64,000 bases of DNA, from the NCBI GenBank assembly GCA_030390025.1, contig CM059436.1, positions 57,288,001 to 57,352,000 on the forward strand. The letters run 5' to 3'. This DNA comes from Squalus acanthias. Lineage: Eukaryota. The translations under genes and the position numbers were made by a program. Shown here in pieces: positions 60,776 to 64,000 of this stretch; position 1 is the first letter of the stretch, and each line of letters opens with the position of its first letter. The notes under the pieces are model-generated. The model did not search any database and was not told where the DNA came from. It was given only the letters and a program-made list of their open reading frames with translations.

Positions 60776-62659
60776 ACAGTATTACCCTGTAATATATTTT
60801 CCCAGTCCACTTTAACCAAGTCTGCCTTCATACCTTTGTAATTACCTTTATTTAAGTTCAGGACACTAGTTTGAGACCTAGCTTTCTCACCTTCAAACTG
60901 AATTTGAAATTCTACTATGCTATGATCGCTCTTCCCAAGAGGATCCTTCACTTCGATCATTAATTGATCCAGCCTCGTGACACATTACCAGATCTAAAAT
61001 AGTCTGCTCCCTGGTTGGTTCCACAACGTATTGTTCCAAGAAGCCATTCCACATACACTCTAAGAACTCTTCCTCAAGTCTACCTTTGCCAATTTGCTTT
61101 GTCCAATCAATATGAAGATTAAAATCTCCCATGATTATAGCTGTACCTTTCTTACAAGCCTTTATTATTTCTTGATTTATACTCTGTCCTACAGTGTGAC
61201 TACTGTTTGGGGGCCTGTAGACCACTCCCACCAGTGACTTCTTACCCTTATTATTTCTTATCTCCACCCAAACTGATTCTACGCCTTGATCTTCTAAGCC
61301 AATATCATTTCTCACTACTGCACTGATCTCATCCCTTATTAACAAAACTACACCACCTCCTTTTCCTTTCTGCCTATCCTTACGAAATGACAAATACCCC
61401 ATAATATTCAGTTCCCAGCTTTGGTCACCTTGCAACCATGTCTCTGTAATGACTATCAGATCATACACATTTATTTCTATTTGTGCTATCAACTCATCTA
61501 TCTTGTTACGAATGCAGCGTGCATTCAGATATAGAGCTTTTAATTTTGACTTTTTACCATTTTTCCCTACTCTGACCCCTCTTTCTGATGCACTCTTATG
61601 TGTTTACGCTCTGTCCCTTCCTGTCACACTCTGGTTATCATTACCCCTATCACTACCCTGCACTTCTGCCTTCTCATTTTTCTTTGACTTTTTAAATATC
61701 CGCTCAGCGGATCCCTCCCCCCCACTATTTAGTTTAAAGCCCTATCACCGATTTTCAGATTCCTCTAGGGCAGGATTACAAAAATCAAAAACCCAGGTGT
61801 GGGAAGTTGATAATTCAAATCCCCATCTTTGGTCAGTCAGATGTCAAGTTTCAATTATATGTCCCAGAAGCTTGGTAAAGGGACATCCTTGTCTATATTC
61901 TGAGTGTTAATGGTTAGGCAAATGATCCGATTGACTGAATATGCAGAAAATTGGTGATTCATTTTTAGTGAATCCAAAGAAATGTGTGACAGGATGTTGT
62001 TAGCATGTGAAATTTTAGTATTTTTTTCAGTAAAGTAAATTGAAGAATCATTTGCTCTGCTAAACAACAAGATTATTAAAGGTAGTACTTGAGAGGTAAG
62101 ACAGTATGGTAGTGCCACACACTGGTGAACCAACGCACAGTGCCACCGAATGGTGGGATGCAAGATTACCTGTCTCCACTATGTTGAATTCCTGATCTGC
62201 AGCATGCTGCTTTGGGAGGTGTTGAATAGAGACCCTCAGATGATATATTCAGTGATCCCATGCCGGCAGGAACCGGTACTCAAAGGAAGCAGGGGTCAGA
62301 GAATCTGCACTATGATATTGTAGCTATGTCTCTGACCCACACTCCCTTCAAGCACGGCTCCTCGCTGTGAGCATGGGATTGCTGAATTAACCTTCAGGTG
62401 CCTTCCTAAAGTAAAGAGGAGAATGTCAAAGGGTGGGTTGCCAGTTTGTTCTTATGCATCCCCTGGTGACCAAATTGGAGGAAGAAATAGTTAAAATCAA
62501 ACAAAGGACAAATTCTAACCTGTGTCCAAAAGCCTAAAGTTGTTAGCATATGTGTTGGGCTAAGGGAAATCTATGACTTGACTGTGGTACTCCGGTATAA
62601 ATTCTCCAACGTCCTGAAATTGTAAAATTCCACATCAGGCTCAGAGCTTTGTTTGACGG

Positions 62660-62796
62660 GAGTGCAGACTGGAGAATTGGGCGTAGAGGTCAGCGCTCGT
62701 GGCACTCTCAACATTAATGACTTTAATGGTCGGATAATTAGGAGCACTGTGAATCAGGCACACTGACCTCCACGCACGATTCTCCAATGTGCGCTC
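62660..62796. repeat. Imperfect ~36-bp inverted repeat, probable decayed MITE
   Basis: GAGTGCAGACTGGAGAATTGGGCGTAGAGGTCAGCG versus CACTGACCTCCACGCACGATTCTCCAATGTGCGCTC. Confidence 0.65.
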
Positions 62797-64000
62797 ACTT
62801 GGGACTTAAGTGTTCGTGCACTCACAGCAACCACCAGTGTCAAATTTGTGAGCTATTATTATAATAGTCTCCAAATGCTGTCTAATATGCAAAAAAAGGA
62901 AATATGTACAATAGCAAGTCTTCAATGAGCAAGTCTTCAGATTACAAAAAGATTTCTACAGCTCATTATTGGGAGCAAAATCATAAACACATTCTTTATA
63001 ACCGAGTTTACAATTTCACAATAAATAATGCACAGAGGATATCTTCCTGGGCTAATAAATTAGTATGTTCAAAAAGTAGAACAAAGAGAGAGAACCACGC
63101 AAAGCCTGCAGATAAAGAGAAGTTAAAAGTGGGTGTGTTTCATGATTGAACATGTGAAGCATAAAAAGCGCTGAGCTGCAATTCGAAAAAGATGAAAGTG
63201 GTCTTTTTTTGGTTGGTCGAGATCAAGAAAAGAGAATCATGTGTCAGATAAAGCAAGAGCCACATGAGACCTGTGGCAGGTGAGGGAGATGGAGTCATAT
63301 GAAGAAAGTTCTTGGTCACAAGCAGAAAACAAGAGAAAGAAATATATAGCCCTGACAGTTCAAAAACAGCCCTGAAGATTGGTTTTATGACATGCGAAGA
63401 CAGGAGTTAGACTGAAAATTCAGTAAATATGAACTTGTTATAACTTAAGCTTCAGGTATATCCAACATTCTATGGGCTAAAAATTGAGTAGCGCCCGCTA
63501 TTAAAATAGTGGACAGAGGAATGTCATACAAACATGTTAAGTGTTCATCTGATATTATTACTAACACTAATTTCCAGCCTTTAATGCTCTTTTGAACCTG
63601 TCAAAAATGTTTATTTTCTTGTACTGGAAATAAAAATAATTGCACACTATAATCATTACAATAAAACTAAAGTGACAAAAATGGCTTAGAGGACTAAATT
63701 TGGTGCTCCCAGGTCCACCTAACAGACTAGGGATTGCTCCTCATATTTCCCCATGATAATTCCCACTCTAATATAGATGCTTATTCCATGAGAACAAAGG
63801 GTTCTCCTCCATGCACATGTAAACAAACTAACAACTTTCAACATTTTGGAGCATAAGCAGGTGCTGCACTCACATACAAACAAGCCAGTGGTTCACATCA
63901 CACATCACACAGTAGTATTTTCTGTAGTAAAATCCCAAATAAGAGAATTTCAGTGTAATTTTAAAAAACTATTACCGCTCCCTATTTTGTTTCCAAATCA

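Larger units (their letters stand above)
56640..61742 (-). mobile_element. CR1 LINE with nearly complete ORF2 (endonuclease to C-terminus), hosting a Harbinger MITE and an RTE
   Basis: ITETWL..GGGV..GVVYRPPN..MGDFN..LDLVM (60920-61492); YRPVSLTS; SQHG..YLDFQKAFDKVPH..KFADDTKIGG; LVRPHLEYCVQFWSP..FFSQRVVNLWNSLP; tail at 56640-56665. Confidence 0.95.

Overview
Vertebrate genomic DNA, almost certainly from a cartilaginous fish (HE1/V-SINE-like and SacSINE1/DeuSINE-like elements, shark-type CR1 LINEs). The window has two halves. (1) ~1-27.5 kb is almost free of transposons and holds the 5' end of BCL11A on the minus strand: CpG island/promoter, a 5'UTR with several upstream ATGs, coding exon 1 (18754-18808, MSRRKQ motif, missed by the ORF track), exon 2 (13733-14065, C2HC zinc finger) and the first ~13.7 kb of intron 2, with several motif-dense non-coding blocks that look like conserved enhancers. 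(2) ~27.5-64 kb is intergenic upstream sequence packed with nested mobile elements: CR1, L2 and RTE LINEs, Deu- and V-type SINEs, hAT and Harbinger MITEs, a fossil Harbinger transposase, and Penelope-like fragments. Two of the Penelope-like fragments carry minimal hammerhead ribozyme motifs. No other host gene was recognised. Family and orthology calls come from motif recognition and recalled sequences, not database searches. I found no clearly new biological system; the best leads are the hammerhead motifs and the upstream-ORF layout of the BCL11A leader.
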